A stretch of DNA of 64,000 bases from positions 26,213,175 to 26,277,174 of the forward strand of contig NC_092677.1 of assembly GCF_964355755.1 (NCBI RefSeq). The letters are read 5' to 3'. Every line of letters starts with the position of its first letter. Position 1 is the stretch's first letter. The position numbers and the translations under genes are program-made. Below, one piece after another: positions 34,101 through 49,100 of this stretch. The notes beneath the pieces are model-generated. The model ran no database searches. It was not told where the DNA came from and was given only the letters and a program-made list of their open reading frames with translations. This DNA is from Antedon mediterranea (Eukaryota; Animalia; Echinodermata).

Positions 34101-37100
34101 AAAGCACTCAGATAATATACAGAGGGCAGTATAATGATATAAGCAGTGAGTTAGGCAGATCATAAGTCAGCTCTCCTTAATTGCCTAAGTCACACAGCTG
34201 ACTTACGCAGAAACACAAAAAAACGATCTGAGCATGTGCAAATATATATAAAAGCACTCAGATAATATACAGAGGGCAGTATAATGATATAAGCAGTGAG
34301 CTAGGCAGATCATAAGTAAGCTCTCCTTAATTGCCTAAGTCACACAGCTGACTTAGGCAGAAACACAAAAAAAAACGATCTGAGCATGTGCAAATATATA
34401 TAAAAGCACTCAGATAATATACAGAGGGCAGTATAATGATATAAGCAGTGAGTTAGGCAGATCATAAGTCAGCTCTCCTTAATTGCCTAAGTTACACAGC
34501 TGACTTAGGCAGAAACACAAACATTATAGTATATTGATATAAGCAGTGAGTTAGGCAGATGATAAGTCAGCTCTCCTTAATTGCCTAAGTCACACAGCTG
34601 ACTTTGGCAGAAACACAAAAAACGATCTGAGCATGTGCAAATGTATATAAAAGCACTCAGATAATGTACAGAGGGCAGTATAATGATACAAGCAGTGAGT
34701 TAGGCAGATCATAAGTCAGCTCTCCTTAATTGCCTAAGTCACACAGCTGACTTAGGCAGAAACACAAAAAATATAGTATTTTGATATAAGCAGTGAGTTA
34801 GGCAGAAAAACAAAACACAAATTATGACTTAAATACTTTTGTTATGAGGCTGTCGATATCATCTATATAAAAAAATGCTACCTTTAAGTAACAAAAATGA
34901 ATAGCATTAGCTTTTCAGATTAAAATTAACACTGATGGTTTTAGAAAAGGAAAGTAGTAATAAAAGCGAAAGAATTTGTAACAAATGGGTTAAAAAATAT
35001 ACTATAAAAATTTATTTCTTATTTTATTTAAAAAATCATCAGTCTCCTCTCCTTAATTGCCTAAGTCACACAGCTGACTTAGGCAGAAACACAAAAAACG
35101 ATCTGAGCATGAGCAAATGTATATAAAAGCACTCAGATAATGTACAGAGGGCAGTATAATGATATAAGCAGTGAGTTAGGCAGACCATAAGTCAGCTCTC
35201 CTTAATTGCCTAAGTCACACAGCTGACTTAGGCAGAAACACAAAAAATATAGTATATTGATATAAGCAGTGAGTTAGGTAGAAAATCAAAACACAAATTA
35301 GGACTTAGACACTTTTGTTATGAGGCTGTCAATATTATCTATATACAAAAAATGCTACATTTAAGTAACAAAATTTAAAAGCATTAGCTCTTCAGATTAA
35401 AATTAACACTGATGGTTTTAGAAAAGGAAAGTAGCAATAAAAGCGAAAGAATTTGTAACAAATGGGTTAAAAAATATACTATAAAAATGTATTTCTTATT
35501 TTATTTTAAAAATCATCAGTATTGCCTAAGTCACACAGCTGACTTACGCAGAAACACACAAAAACGATCTGAGCATGTGCAAATATATATAAAAGCACTC
35601 AGATAATATACAGAGGGCAGTATAATGATATAAGCAGTGAGTTAGGCAGATGATAAGTCAGCTCTCCTTAATTGCCTAAGTCACACAGCTGACTTACGCA
35701 GAAACACAAAAAAACGATCTGACCATGTGCAAATATATATAAAAGCACTCAGATAATATACAGAGGGCAGTATAATGATATAAGCAGTGAGTTAGGCAGA
35801 TCGTAAGTCAGCTCTCTTTAACTGCCTAAGTCACATAGCTGACTTACGCAGAAACACAAAAAAACGATCTGAGCATGTGCAAATATATATAAAAGCACTC
35901 AGATAATATACAGAGGGCAGTATAATGATATAAGCAGTGAGTTAGGCAGATCATAAGTCAGCTCTCCTTAATTGCCTAAGTCACACAGCTGACTTACGCA
36001 GAAACACAAAAAAAACGATCTGAGCATGTGCAAATATATATAAAAGCACTCAGATAATATACAGAGGGCAGTATAATGATATAAGCAGTGAGTTAGGCAG
36101 ATCATAAGTCAGCTCTCCTTAATTGCCTAAGTCACACAGCTGACTTACGCAGAAACACAAACATTATAGTATTTTGATATAGCAGTGAGTTAGGCACAAA
36201 AACAAAAAAAAATTATGACTTAAATACTTTTGTTATGAGGCTGTCGATATCATCTATATAAAAATATGCTACCTTTAAGTAACAAAATTGAATAGCATTA
36301 GCTTTTCAGATTAAAATTAACACTGATGGTTTTAGAAAAGGAAAGTAGCAATAAAAGCGAAAGAATTTGCAACAAATGGGTTAAAAAATATACTATAAAA
36401 ATTTATTTCTTATTTTATTTAAAAAATCATCAGTCTCCTCTCCTTAATTGCCTAAGTCACACAGCTGACTTAGGCAGAAACACAAAAAACGATCTGAGCA
36501 TGTGCAAATGTATATAAAAGCACTCAGATAATGTACAGAGGGCAGTATAATGATACAAGCAGTGAGTTAGGCAGATCATAAGTCAGCTCTCCTTAATTGC
36601 CTAAGTCACACAGCTGACTTAGGCAGAAACACAAAAAATATAGTATTTTGATATAAGCAGTGAGTTAGGCAGAAAAACAAAACACAAATTATGACTTAAA
36701 TACTTTTGTTATGAGGCTGTCGATATCATCTATATAAAAAAATGCTACCTTTAAGTAACAAAATTGAATAGCATTAGCTTTTCAGATTAAAATTAACACT
36801 GATGGTTTTAGAAAAGGAAAGTAGCAATAAAAGCGAAAGAATTTGTAACAAATGGGTTAAAAAATATACTATAAAAATTTATTTCTTATTTTATTTAAAA
36901 AATCATCAGTCTCCTCTCCTTAATTGCCTAAGTCACACAGCTGACTGAGGCAGAAACACAAAAAACGATCTGAGCATGAGCAAATGTATATAAAAGCACT
37001 CAGATAATGTACAGAGGGCAGTATAATGATATAAGCAGTGAGTTAGGCAGACCATAAGTCAGCTCTCCTAATTGCCTAAGTCACACAGCTGACTTAGGCA

Positions 37101-40100
37101 GAAACACAAAAAATATAGTATATTGATATAAGCAGTGAGTTAGGTAGAAAATCAAAACACAAATTAGGACTTAGACACTTTTGTTATGAGGCTGTCAATA
37201 TTATCTATATACAAAAAATGCTACATTTAAGTAACAAAATTTAATAGCATTAGCTCTTCAGATTAAAATTAACACTGATGGTTTTAGAAAAGGAAAGTAG
37301 CAATAAAAGCGAAAGAATTTGTAACAAATGGGTTAAAAAATATACTATAAAAATGTATTTCTTATTTTATTTTAAAAATTATCAGTATTGCCTAAGTCAC
37401 ACAGCTGACTTACGCAGAAACACATAAAAACGATCTGAGCATGTGCAAATATGTATAAAAGCACTCAGATAATATACAGATGGCAGTATAATGATATAAG
37501 CAGTGAGTTAGGCAGATGATAAGTCAGCTCTCCTTAATTGCCTAAGTCACACAGCTGACTTACGCAGAAACAAAAAAACGATCTGAGCATGTGCAAATAT
37601 ATATAAAAGCACTCAAATAATATACAGAGGGCAGTATAATGATATAAGCAGTGAGTTAGGCAGATCATAAGTCAGCTCTCCTTAATTGCCTAAGTCACAC
37701 AGCTGACTTACAAAGAAACACAAAAAAACGATCTGAGCATGTGCAAATATATATAAAAGCACTCAGATAATATACAGAGGGCAGTATAATTATATAAGCA
37801 GTGAGTTAGGCAGATCATAAGTCAGCTCTCCTTAATTGCCTAAGTTACACAGCTGACTTAGGCAGAAACACAAACATTATAGTATATTGATATAAGCAGT
37901 GAGTTAGGCAGATCATAAGTCAGCTCTCCTTAATTGCCTAAGTCACACAGCTGACTTAAGCAGAAACACAAAAAACGATCTGAGCATGTGCAAATGTATA
38001 TAAAAGCACTCAGATAATGTACAGAGGGCAGTATAATGATACAAGCAGTGAGTTAGGCAGATCATAAGTCAGCTCTCCTTAATTGCCTAAGTCACAAAAC
38101 TGACTTAGGCAGAAACACAAAAAATATAGTATTTTGATATAGGCAGTGAGTTAGGCGGAAAAACAAAACACAAATTATGACTTAAATACTTTTGTTATGA
38201 GGCTGTCGATATCATCTATATAAAAAAATGCTACCTTTAAGTAACAAAATTGAATAGCATTAGCTTTTCAGATTAAAATTAACACTGATGGTTTTAGAAA
38301 AGGAAAGTAGCAATAAAAGCGAAAGAATTTGTAAAAAATGAGTTAAAAAATATACTATAAAAATTTATTTCTTATTTTATTTAAAAAATCATCAGTCTCC
38401 TCTCCTTAATTGCCTAAGTCACACAGCTGACTTAGGCAGAAACACAAAAAACGATCTGAGCATGAGCAAATGTATATAAAAGCACTCAGATAATGTACAG
38501 AGGGCAGTATAATGATACAAGCAGTGAGTTAGGCAGATCATAAGTCAGCTCTCCTTAATTGCCTAAGTCACACAGCTGACTTAGGCAGAAACACAAAAAA
38601 TATAGTATATTGATATAAGCAGTGAGTTAGGTAGAAAATCAAAACACAAATTAGGACTTAGACACTTTTGTTATGAGGCTGTCAATATTATCTATATACA
38701 AAAAATGCTACATTTAAGTAACAAAATTTAATAGCATTAGCTCTTCAGATTAAAATTAACACTGATAGTTTTAGAAAAGGAAAGTAGCAATAAAAGCGAA
38801 AGAATTTGTAACAAATGGGTTAAAAAATATACTATAAAAATGTATTTCTCATTTTATTTTAAAAATCATCAGTATTGCCTAAGTCACACAGCTGACTTAC
38901 GCAGAAAAACACAAAAACGATCTGAGCATGTGCAAATATATATAAAAGCACTCAGATAATATACAGAGGGCAGGATAATGATATAAGCAGTGAGTTAGGC
39001 AGATGATAAGTCAGCTCTCCTTAATTGCCTAAGTCACACAGCAGACTTACGCAGAAACAAAAAAACGATCTGAGCATGTGCAAGTATATATAAAAGCACT
39101 CAGATAATATACAGAGGGCAGTATAATGATATAAGCAGTGAGTTAGGCAGATCATAAGTCAGCTCTCCTTAATTGCCTAAGTCACATAGCTGAGTTACGC
39201 AGAAACACAAAAAAACGATCTGAGCATGTGCAAATATATATAAAAGCACTCAGATAATATACAGAGGGCAGTATAATGATATAAGCAGTGAGTTAGGCAG
39301 ATGATAAGTCAGCTCTCCTTAATTGCCTAAGTCACACAGCTGACTTACGCAGAAACAAAAAAACGATCTGAGCATGTGCAAATATATATAAAAGCACTCA
39401 GATAATATACAGAGGGCAGTATAATGATATAAGCAGTGAGTTAGGCAGATCATAAGTCAGCTCTCCTTAATTGCCTAAGTCACATAGCTGAGTTACGCAG
39501 AAACACAAAAAAAACGATCTGAGCATGTGCAAATATATATAAAAGCACTCAGATAATATACAGAGGGCAGTATAATGATATAAGCAGTGAGTTAGGCAGA
39601 TCATAAGTCAGCTCTCCTTAATTGCCTAAGTCACACAGCTGACTTACGCAGAAACACAAAAAAACGATCTGAGCATGTGCAAATATATATAAAAGCACTC
39701 AGATAATATACAGAGGGCAGTATAATGATATAAGTAGTGAGTTAGGCAGATCATAAGTCAGCTCTCCTTAATTGCCTAAGTCACACAGCTGACTTAGGCA
39801 GAAACACAAAAAACGATCTGAGCATGTGCAAATGTATATAAAAGCACTCAGATAATGTACAGAGGGCAGTATAATGATACAAGCAGTGAGTTAGGCAGAT
39901 CATAAGTCAGCTCTCCTTAATTGCCTAAGTCACACAGCTGACTTAGGCAGAAACACAAACATTATAGTATTTTGATATAAGCAGTGAGTTAGGCAGATCA
40001 TAAGTCAGCTCTCCTTAATTGCCTAAGTCACACAGCTGACTTAGGCAGAAACACAAAAAACGATCTGAGCATGTGCAAATGTATATAAAAGCACTCAGAT

Positions 40101-43100
40101 AATGTACAGAGGGCAGTATAATGATACAAGCAGTGAGTTAGGCAGATCATAAGTCAGCTCTCCTTAATTGCCTAAGTCACACAGCTGACTTAGGCAGAAA
40201 CACAAAAAATATAGTATATTGATATAAGCAGTGAGTTAGGTAGAAAATCAAAACACAAATTAGGACTTAGACACTTTTGTTATGAGGCTGTCAATATTAT
40301 CTATATACAAAAAATGCTACATTTAAGTAACAAAATTTAATAGCATTAGCTCTTCAGATTAAAATTAACACTGATGGTTTTAGAAAAGGAAAGTAGCAAT
40401 AAAAGCGAAAGAATTTGTAACAAATGGGTTAAAAAATATACTTTAAAAATGTATTTCTTTTTTATTTTAAAAATCATCAGTATTGAATAAGTCACACAGC
40501 TGACTTACGCAGAAACACACAAAAACGATCTGAGCATGTGCAAATATATATAAAAGCACTCAGATAATATACAGAGGGCAGTATAATGATATAAGCAGTG
40601 AGTTAGGCAGATGATAAGTCAGCTCTCCTTAATTGCCTAAGTCACACAGCTGACTTACGCCGAACCAAAAAAACGATCTGAGCATGTGCAAATATATATA
40701 AAAGCACTCAGATAATATACAGAGGGCAGTATAATGATATAAGCAGTGAGTTAGGCAGATCATAAGTCAGCTCTCCTTAATTGCCTAAGTCACATAGCTG
40801 AGTTACGCAGAAACACAAAAAAACGATCTGAGCATGTGCAAATATATATAAAAGCACTCAGATAATATACAGAGGGCAGTATAATGATATAAGCAGTGAG
40901 TTAGGCAGATCATAAGTCAGCTCTCCTTAATTGCCTAAGTCACACAGCTGACTTAGGCAGAAACACAAAAATTATAGTATATTGATATAAGCAGTGAGTT
41001 AGGCAGATCATAAGTCAGCTCTCCTTAATTGCCTAAGTCACACAGCTGACTTAGGCAGAAACACAAAAAATAATAGTATATTGATATAAGCAGTGAGTTA
41101 GGCAGATCATAAGTCAGCTCTCCTTAATTGCCTAAGTCACACAGCTGATTTGGGCAGAAACACAAAAAATATAGTATATTAATATAAGCAGTGAGTTATT
41201 CAGAAAAAAAATTATGTCTTAGACACTTTTGTTATGAGGCTGTCGATATCATCTATATACAAAAAAATGCTACCTTTAAGTAACAAAATTTAATAGCATC
41301 AGCTCTTCAGATTAAAATTAACACTGATGAATTTAGAAAAGGAAAGTAGCAATAAAAGCGAAAGAATTTGTAACAAATGGGTTAAAAAATATACTATAAA
41401 AATGTATTTCTTATTTTATTTTAAAAATCATCAGTATTGCCTAAGTCACACAGCTGACTTACGCAGAAACACACAAAAATAATAGTATATTGATATAAGC
41501 AGTGAGTTAGGCAGATCATAAGTCAGCTCTCCTTAATTGCCTAAGTCACACAGCTGATTTGGGCAGAAACACAAAAAATATAGTATATTAATATAAGCAG
41601 TGAGTTAGGCAGAAAAAAAAATTATGTCTTAGACACTTTTGTTATGAGGCTGTCGATATCATCTATATACAAAAAAATGCTACCTTTAAGTAACAAAATT
41701 TAATAGCATCAGCTCTTCAGATTCAAATTAACACTGATGAATTTAGAAAAAGAAAGTAGCAATAAAAGCGAAAGAATTTGTAACAAATGGGTTAAAAAAT
41801 ATACTATAAAAATGTATTTCTTATTTTATTTTAAAAATCATCAGTATTGCCTAAGTCACACAGCTGACTTACGCAGAAACACACAAAAATAATAGTATAT
41901 TGATATAAGCAGTGAGTTAGGCAGATCATAAGTCAGCTCTCCTTAATTGCCTAAGTCACACAGCTGATTTGGGCAGAAACACAAAAAATATAGTATATTA
42001 ATATAAGCAGTGAGTTAGGCAGAAAAAAAATTATGTCTTAGACACTTTTGCTTTGAGGCTGTCGATATCATCTATATACAAAAAATGCTACCTTTAAGTA
42101 ACAAAATTTAATAGCATCAGCTCTTCAGATTAAAATTAACACTGATGAATTTAGAAAAGGAATTAAGTAGCAATAAAAGAGAAAGAATTTGTAACCAATG
42201 GGTTAAAAAATATACCATAAAAATGTATTTCTTATTTTATTTAAAAAATCATGAGACTCCTCTCCTTTATTTCCTAAGTCACACAGCTGACTTAGGCAGA
42301 AACACAAAAAACGGTCTGAGCATGTGCAAATGTATATAAAAGCACTCAGATAATTTACAGAGGGCAGTATAATGATATAAGCAGTGAGTTAGGTAGATCA
42401 TAATTCAGCTCTCCTTAATTGCCTAAGTCACACAGCTGACTTAGGCAGAAACACAAAAAACGGTCTGAGCTTGTGCAAATGTATATAAAAGCACTCAGAT
42501 AATTTACAGAGGGCAGTATAATGATATAAGCAGTGAGTTAGACAGATCATAAGTCAGCTGTCCTTAAAATTGCCTGAGTCACATAGCTGACTTAGGCAGA
42601 AACACAACAAATATAGTATATTGATTTAAGAAGTGAGTTAGGCAGATCATAAGTCCGCTCTCCTTAATTGCCTAAGTCACACAGCTGACTTAGGCAGAAA
42701 CACAAAAAATATAGTATATTGATATAAGCAGTGAATTAGGCAGATCATGAGTCAGCTCTCCTTAATTGCCTAAGTCACACAGCTGACTTGGGCAGAAACA
42801 CAAAAAATATAGTATATTGTTATAAGCAGTGAGTTAGGCAGAAAAACAAAACAAAAATTATGTCTTAGACACTTTTGTTATGAGGCTGTCGATATTATCT
42901 ATATACAAAAAATACTACATTTAAGTAACAAAATTTAATAGCATTAGCTCTTCAGATTAAAATTAACACTGATGGTTTTAGAAAAGGAAAGTAGCAATAA
43001 AAGCGGAAGAAATTGTAACAAATCGGTTAAAAAATATACTATAAAAATGTATTTCTTATTTTATTTTAAAAATCATCAGTATTGCCTAAGTCACACAGCT

Positions 43101-46100
43101 GACTTACGCAGAAACACAAAAAAACGATCTGAGCATGTGCAAATATATATAAAAGCACTCAGATAATATACAGAGGGCAGTATAATGATATAAGCAGTGA
43201 GTTAGGCAGATCATAAGTCAGCTCTCCTTAATTGCCTAAGTCACACAGCTGATTTGGGCAGAAACACAAAAAATATAGTATATTGATATAAGCAGTGAGT
43301 TAGGCAGAAAAAAAAATTATGTCTTAGACACTTTTGTTATGAGGCTGTCGATATCATCTATATACAAAAAAATGCTACCTTTAAGTAACAAAATTTAATA
43401 GCATCAGCTCTTCAGATTAAAATTAACACTGATGAATTTAGAAAAGGAAAGTAGCAATACAAGCGAAAGAATTTGTAACAAATGGGTTAAAAAATATACT
43501 ATAAAAATGTAATTCTTATTTTATTTAAAAAATCATCTGTATTACCTAAGTCACACAGCTGACTTACGCAGAAACACAAAAATGATCTGAGCATGTGCAA
43601 ATATATATAAAAGCACTCAGATAATGTACAGAGGGCAGTATAATGATATAAGCAGTGAGTTAGGCAGATCATAAGTCAGCTCTCCTTAATTGCCTAAGTC
43701 ACACAGCTGACTTAAGCAGAAACACAAAAAATATAGTATATTGATATAAGCAGTGAGTTAGGCAGATCATAAGTCAGCTCTCCTTAATTGCCTAAGTCAC
43801 ACAGCTGACTTGGCAGAAACACAAAAAATATAGTATATTTTTATAAGCAGTGAGTTAGGCAGAAAAACAAAAACAAATTATGTCTTAGACACTTTTGTTA
43901 TGAGGCTGTCGATATCATCTATATATAAAAAATGCTACCTTTAAATAACAAAATTTGATAGCATCAGCTCTTCAGAATAAAATTAACACTGATAAATTTA
44001 GAAAAGGAAAGTAGCAATAAAAGAGAAAGAATTTGTAACAAATGGGTTGAAAACACACCATAAAAATGTATTTCTTATTTTATTAAACAGCTGACTTAGG
44101 CAGAAACACAAAAAATATAGTATATTGATATAAGCAGAGAGTTATGCAGATCATAAGTCAGCTCTCCTTAATTGCCTAAGTCACAAAGCTGACTTAGGCA
44201 GAAACACACAAAATATAGTATATTGATATAAGCAGTCGGTTAGGCAGATCATAAGTCAGCTCTCCTTAATTGCCTAAGTCACACAGCTGACTTGGGCCGA
44301 AACACAAAAAATGTAGTATATTGATATAAGCAGTGAGTTAGGCAGAAAAAAAATTATAACTTAGACACTTTTGTTATGAGGCTGTCGATATCATATATAT
44401 ACAAAAAATGCTACCTTTAAGTAAAAAAATTTAATAGCATCAGCTCTTCAGATTAAAATTAACACTGATGGTTTAAAAAAAAAGAAAGTAGCAATAAAAG
44501 CGAAAGAATTTGTAACAAATAGGTTAAAAAATATACTACAAAAATGTATTTCTTATTTTATTTTAAAAATCATCAGTCTCCTCTCCTTAATTGCCTAAGT
44601 CACACATCTGACTTAGGCAGAAACACAAAAAAACGATCTGAGCATGTGCAAATGTATATAAAAGCACTCAGATAATGTACAGAGGGCAGAATAATGATAT
44701 AATTATAATAATAATATATTATTTTATTAAACAGCTGACTTAGGGAGAAACACAAAAAATATAGTATATTGATATAAGCAGTGAGTTAGGCAGATAATAA
44801 GTCAGCTCTTCTTAATTGGCTAAGTCACACAGCTGACTTAGGCAGAAACACAAAAAATAATAGTATATTTATATAAGCAGTGAGTTAGGCAGATCATAAG
44901 TCAGCTCTCCTTAATTGCCTAAGTCACACAGCTGATTTGGGCAGAAACACAAAAAATATAGTATATTAATATAAGCAGTGAGTTAGGCAGAAAAAAAAAT
45001 TATGTCTTAGACACTTTTGTTATGAGGCTGTCGATATCATCTATATACAAAAAATGCTACCTTTAAGTAACAAAATTTAATATCATCAGCTCTTCAGATT
45101 AAAATTAACACTGATGAATTTAGAAAAGGAATTAAGTAGCAATAAAAGAGAAAGAATTTGTAACCAATGGGTTAAAAAATATACCATAAAAATGTATTTC
45201 TTATTTTATTAAAAAAATCATGAGTCTCCTCTCCTTAATTGCCTAAGTCACACAGCTGACTTAGGCAGAAACACAAAAAACGATCTGAGCATGAGCAAAT
45301 GTATATAAAAGCACTCAGATAATGTACAGAGGGCAGTATAATGATATAAGCAGTGAGTTAGGCAGACCATAAGTCACCTCTCCTTAATTGCCTAAGTCAC
45401 ACAGCTGACTTAGGCAGAAACACAAAAAATATAGTATATTGATATAAGCAGTGAGTTAGGTAGAAAATCAAAACACAAATTAGGACTTAGACACTTTTGT
45501 TATGAGGCTGTCAATATTATCTGTATACAAAAAATGCTACATTTAAGTAACAAAATTTAATAGCATTAGCTCTTCAGATTAAAATTAACACTGATGGTTT
45601 TAGAAAAGGAAAGTAGCAATAAAAGCGAAAGAATTTGTAACAAATGGGTTAAAAAATATACTATAAAAATGTATTTCTTCTTTTATTTTAAAAATCATCA
45701 GTATTGCCTAAGTCACACAGCTGACTTACGCAGAAACACACAAAAACGATCTGAGCATGTGCAAATATATATAAAAGCACTCAGATAATATACAGAGGGC
45801 AGTATAATGATATAAGCAGTGAGTTAGGCAGATGATAAGTCAGCTCTCCTTAATTGCCTAAGTCACACAGCTGACTTACGCAGAAACACAAAAAAACGAT
45901 CTGAGCATGTGCAAATATATATAAAAGCACTCAGATAATATACAGAGGGCAGTATAATGATATAAGCAGTGAGTTAGGCAGATCGTAAGTCAGCTCTCCT
46001 TAATTGCCTAAGTCACATAGCTGACTTACGCAGAAAAACAAAAAACGATCTGAGCATGTGCAAATATATATAAAAGCACTCAGATAATATACAGAGGACA

Positions 46101-49100
46101 GTATAATGTTATAAGTAGTGAGTTAGGCAGATCATAAGTCAGCTCTCCTTAATTGCCTAAGTCACACAGCTGACTTACGCAGAAACACAAAAAAACGATC
46201 TGAGCATGTGCAAATATATATAAAAGCACTCAGATAATATACAGAGGGTAGTATAATGATATAAGCAGTGAGTTAGGCAGATCATAAGTCAGCTCTCCTT
46301 AATTGCCTAAGTCACACAGCTGACTTAGGCAGAAACACAAAAATTATAGTATATTGATATAAGCAGTGAGTTAGGCAGATCATAAGTCAGCTCTCCTTAA
46401 TTGCCTATGTCACACAGCTGACTTAGGCAGAAACACAAAAAATAATAGTATATTGATATAAGCAGTGAGTTAGGCAGATCATAAGTCAGCTCTCCTTAAT
46501 TGCCTAAGTCACACAGCTGATTTGGGCAGAAACACAAAAAATATAGTATATTAATATAAGCAGTGAGTTATTCAGAAAAAAAAATTATGTCTTAGACACT
46601 TTTGTTATGAGGCTGTCGATATCATCTATATACAAAAAAAATGCTACCTTTAAGTAACAAAATTTAATAGCATCAGCTCTTCAGATTAAAATTAACACTG
46701 ATGAATTTAGAAAAGGAAAGTAGCAATAAAAGCGAAAGTATTTGATAAAATGGGTTAAAAAATATACTATAAAAAATGTATTTCTTATTTTATTTTAAAA
46801 ATCATCAGTATTGCCTAAGTCACACAGCTGAATTACGCAGAAACACACAGAAATAATAGTATATTGATATAAGCAGTGAGTTAGGCAGATCATAAGTCAG
46901 CTCTCCTTAATTGCCTAAGTCACAAAGCTGACTTAGGCAGAAACACACAAAATATAGTATATTGATATAAGCAGTCGGTTAGGCAGATCATAAGTCTGCT
47001 CTCCTTAATTGCCTAAGTCACACAGCTGACTTGGGCCGAAACACAAAAAATGTAGTATATTGATATAAGCAGTGAGTTAGGCAGAAAAAAAATTATAACT
47101 TAGACACTTTTGTTATGAGGCTGTCGATATCATATATATACAAAAAATGCTACCTTTAAGTAACAAAATTTAATAGCATCAGCTCTTCAGATTAAAATTA
47201 ACACTGATGGTTTAAAAAAAAAGAAAGTAGCAATAAAAGCGAAAGAATTTGTAACAAATAGGTTAAAAAATATACTATAAAAATGTATTTCTTATTTTAT
47301 TTTAAAAATCATCAGTCTCCTCTCTTTAATTGCCTAAGTCACACAGCTGACTTAGGGAGAAACACAAAAAACGATCTGAGCATGAGCAAATGTATATAAA
47401 AGCACTCAGATAATGTACAGAGGGCAGTATAATGATATAATTATAATAATAATATATTATTTTATTAAACAGCTGACTTAGGCAGAAACACAAAATATAG
47501 TATATTGATATAAGCAGTGAGTTAGGCAGATCATAAGTCAGCTCTTCTTAATTGCCTAAGTCACACAGCTGACTTAGGTAGAAACACAAAAAATAATAGT
47601 ATATTTTTATAAGCAGTGAGTTAGGCAGATCATAAGTCATCTCTCCTTAATTGCCTAAGTCACACAGCTGATTTGGGCAGAAACACAAAAAATATAGTAT
47701 ATTAATATAAGCAGTGAGTTATTCAGAAAAAAAAATTATGTCTTAGACACTTTTGTTATGAGGCTGTCGATATCATCTATATACAAAAAATGCTACCTTT
47801 AAGTAACAAAATTTAATAGCATCAGCTCTTCAGATTAAAATTAACACTGATGAATTTAGAAAAGGAATTAAGTAGCAATAAAAGAGAAAGAATTTGTAAC
47901 CAATGGGTTAAAAAATATACCATAAAAATGTATTTCTTATTTTATTAAAAAAATCATGAGTCTCCTCTCCTTAATTGCCTAAGTCACACAGCTGACTTAG
48001 GCAGAAACACAAAAAAACGATCTGAGCATGTGCAAATATATATAAAAGCACTCAGATAATATACAGAGGGCAGTATAATGATATAAGCAGTGAGTTAGGC
48101 AGATCATAAGTCAGCTCTCCTTAATTGCCTAAGTCACACAGCTGACTTAGGCAGAAACACAAAAATTATAGTATATTGATATAAGCAGTGAGTTAGGCAG
48201 ATCATAAGTCAGCTCTCCTTAATTGCCTAAGTCACACAGCTGACTTAGGCAGAAACACAAAAAATAATAGTATATTGATATAAGCAGTGAGTTAGGCAGA
48301 TCATAAGTCAGCTCTCCTTAATTGCCTAAGTCACACAGCTGATTTGGGCAGAAACAAAAAAAATATAGTATATTAATATAAGCAGTGAGTTATTCAGAAA
48401 AAAAAATAATGTCTTAGACACTTTTGTTATGAGGCTGTCGATATCATCTATATACAAAAAAATGCTACCTTTAAGTAACAAAATTTAATAGCATCAGCTC
48501 TTCAGATTAAAATTAACACTGATGAATTTAGAAAAGGAAAGTAGCAATAAAAGCGAAAGAATTTGTAACAAATGGGTTAAAAAATATACTATAAAAATGT
48601 ATTTCTTATTTTATTTTAAAAATCATCAGTATTGCCTAAGTCACACAGCTGACTTACGCAGAAACACACAAAAATAATAGTATATTGATATAAGCAGTGA
48701 GTTAGGCAGATCATAAGTCAGCTTTCCTTAATTGCCTAAGTCACACAGCTGATTTGGGCAAAAACACAAAAAATATAGTATATTATTATAAGCAGTGAGT
48801 TAGGCAGAAAAAAAAATTATGTCTTAGACACTTTTGCTTTGAGGCTGTCGATATCATCTATATACAAAAAATGCTACCTTTAAGTAACAAAATTTAATAG
48901 CATCAGCTCTTCAGATTAAAATTAACACTGATGAATTTAGAAAAGGAATTAAGTAGCAATAAAAGAGAAAGAATTTGTAACCAATGGGTTAAAAAATATA
49001 CCATAAAAATGTATTTCTTATTTTATTAAAAAAATCATGAGACTCCTCTCCTTTATTGCCTAAGTCACACAGCTGACTTAGGCAGAAACACAAAAAACGG

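Noticed and set aside
41323-41400. Possible hammerhead ribozyme core (CTGATGA...GAAA) in module Z
   Set aside because: No stem II closing pair and no convincing stems I/III, and many copies read CTGATGG. An Infernal search with hammerhead models would settle it.
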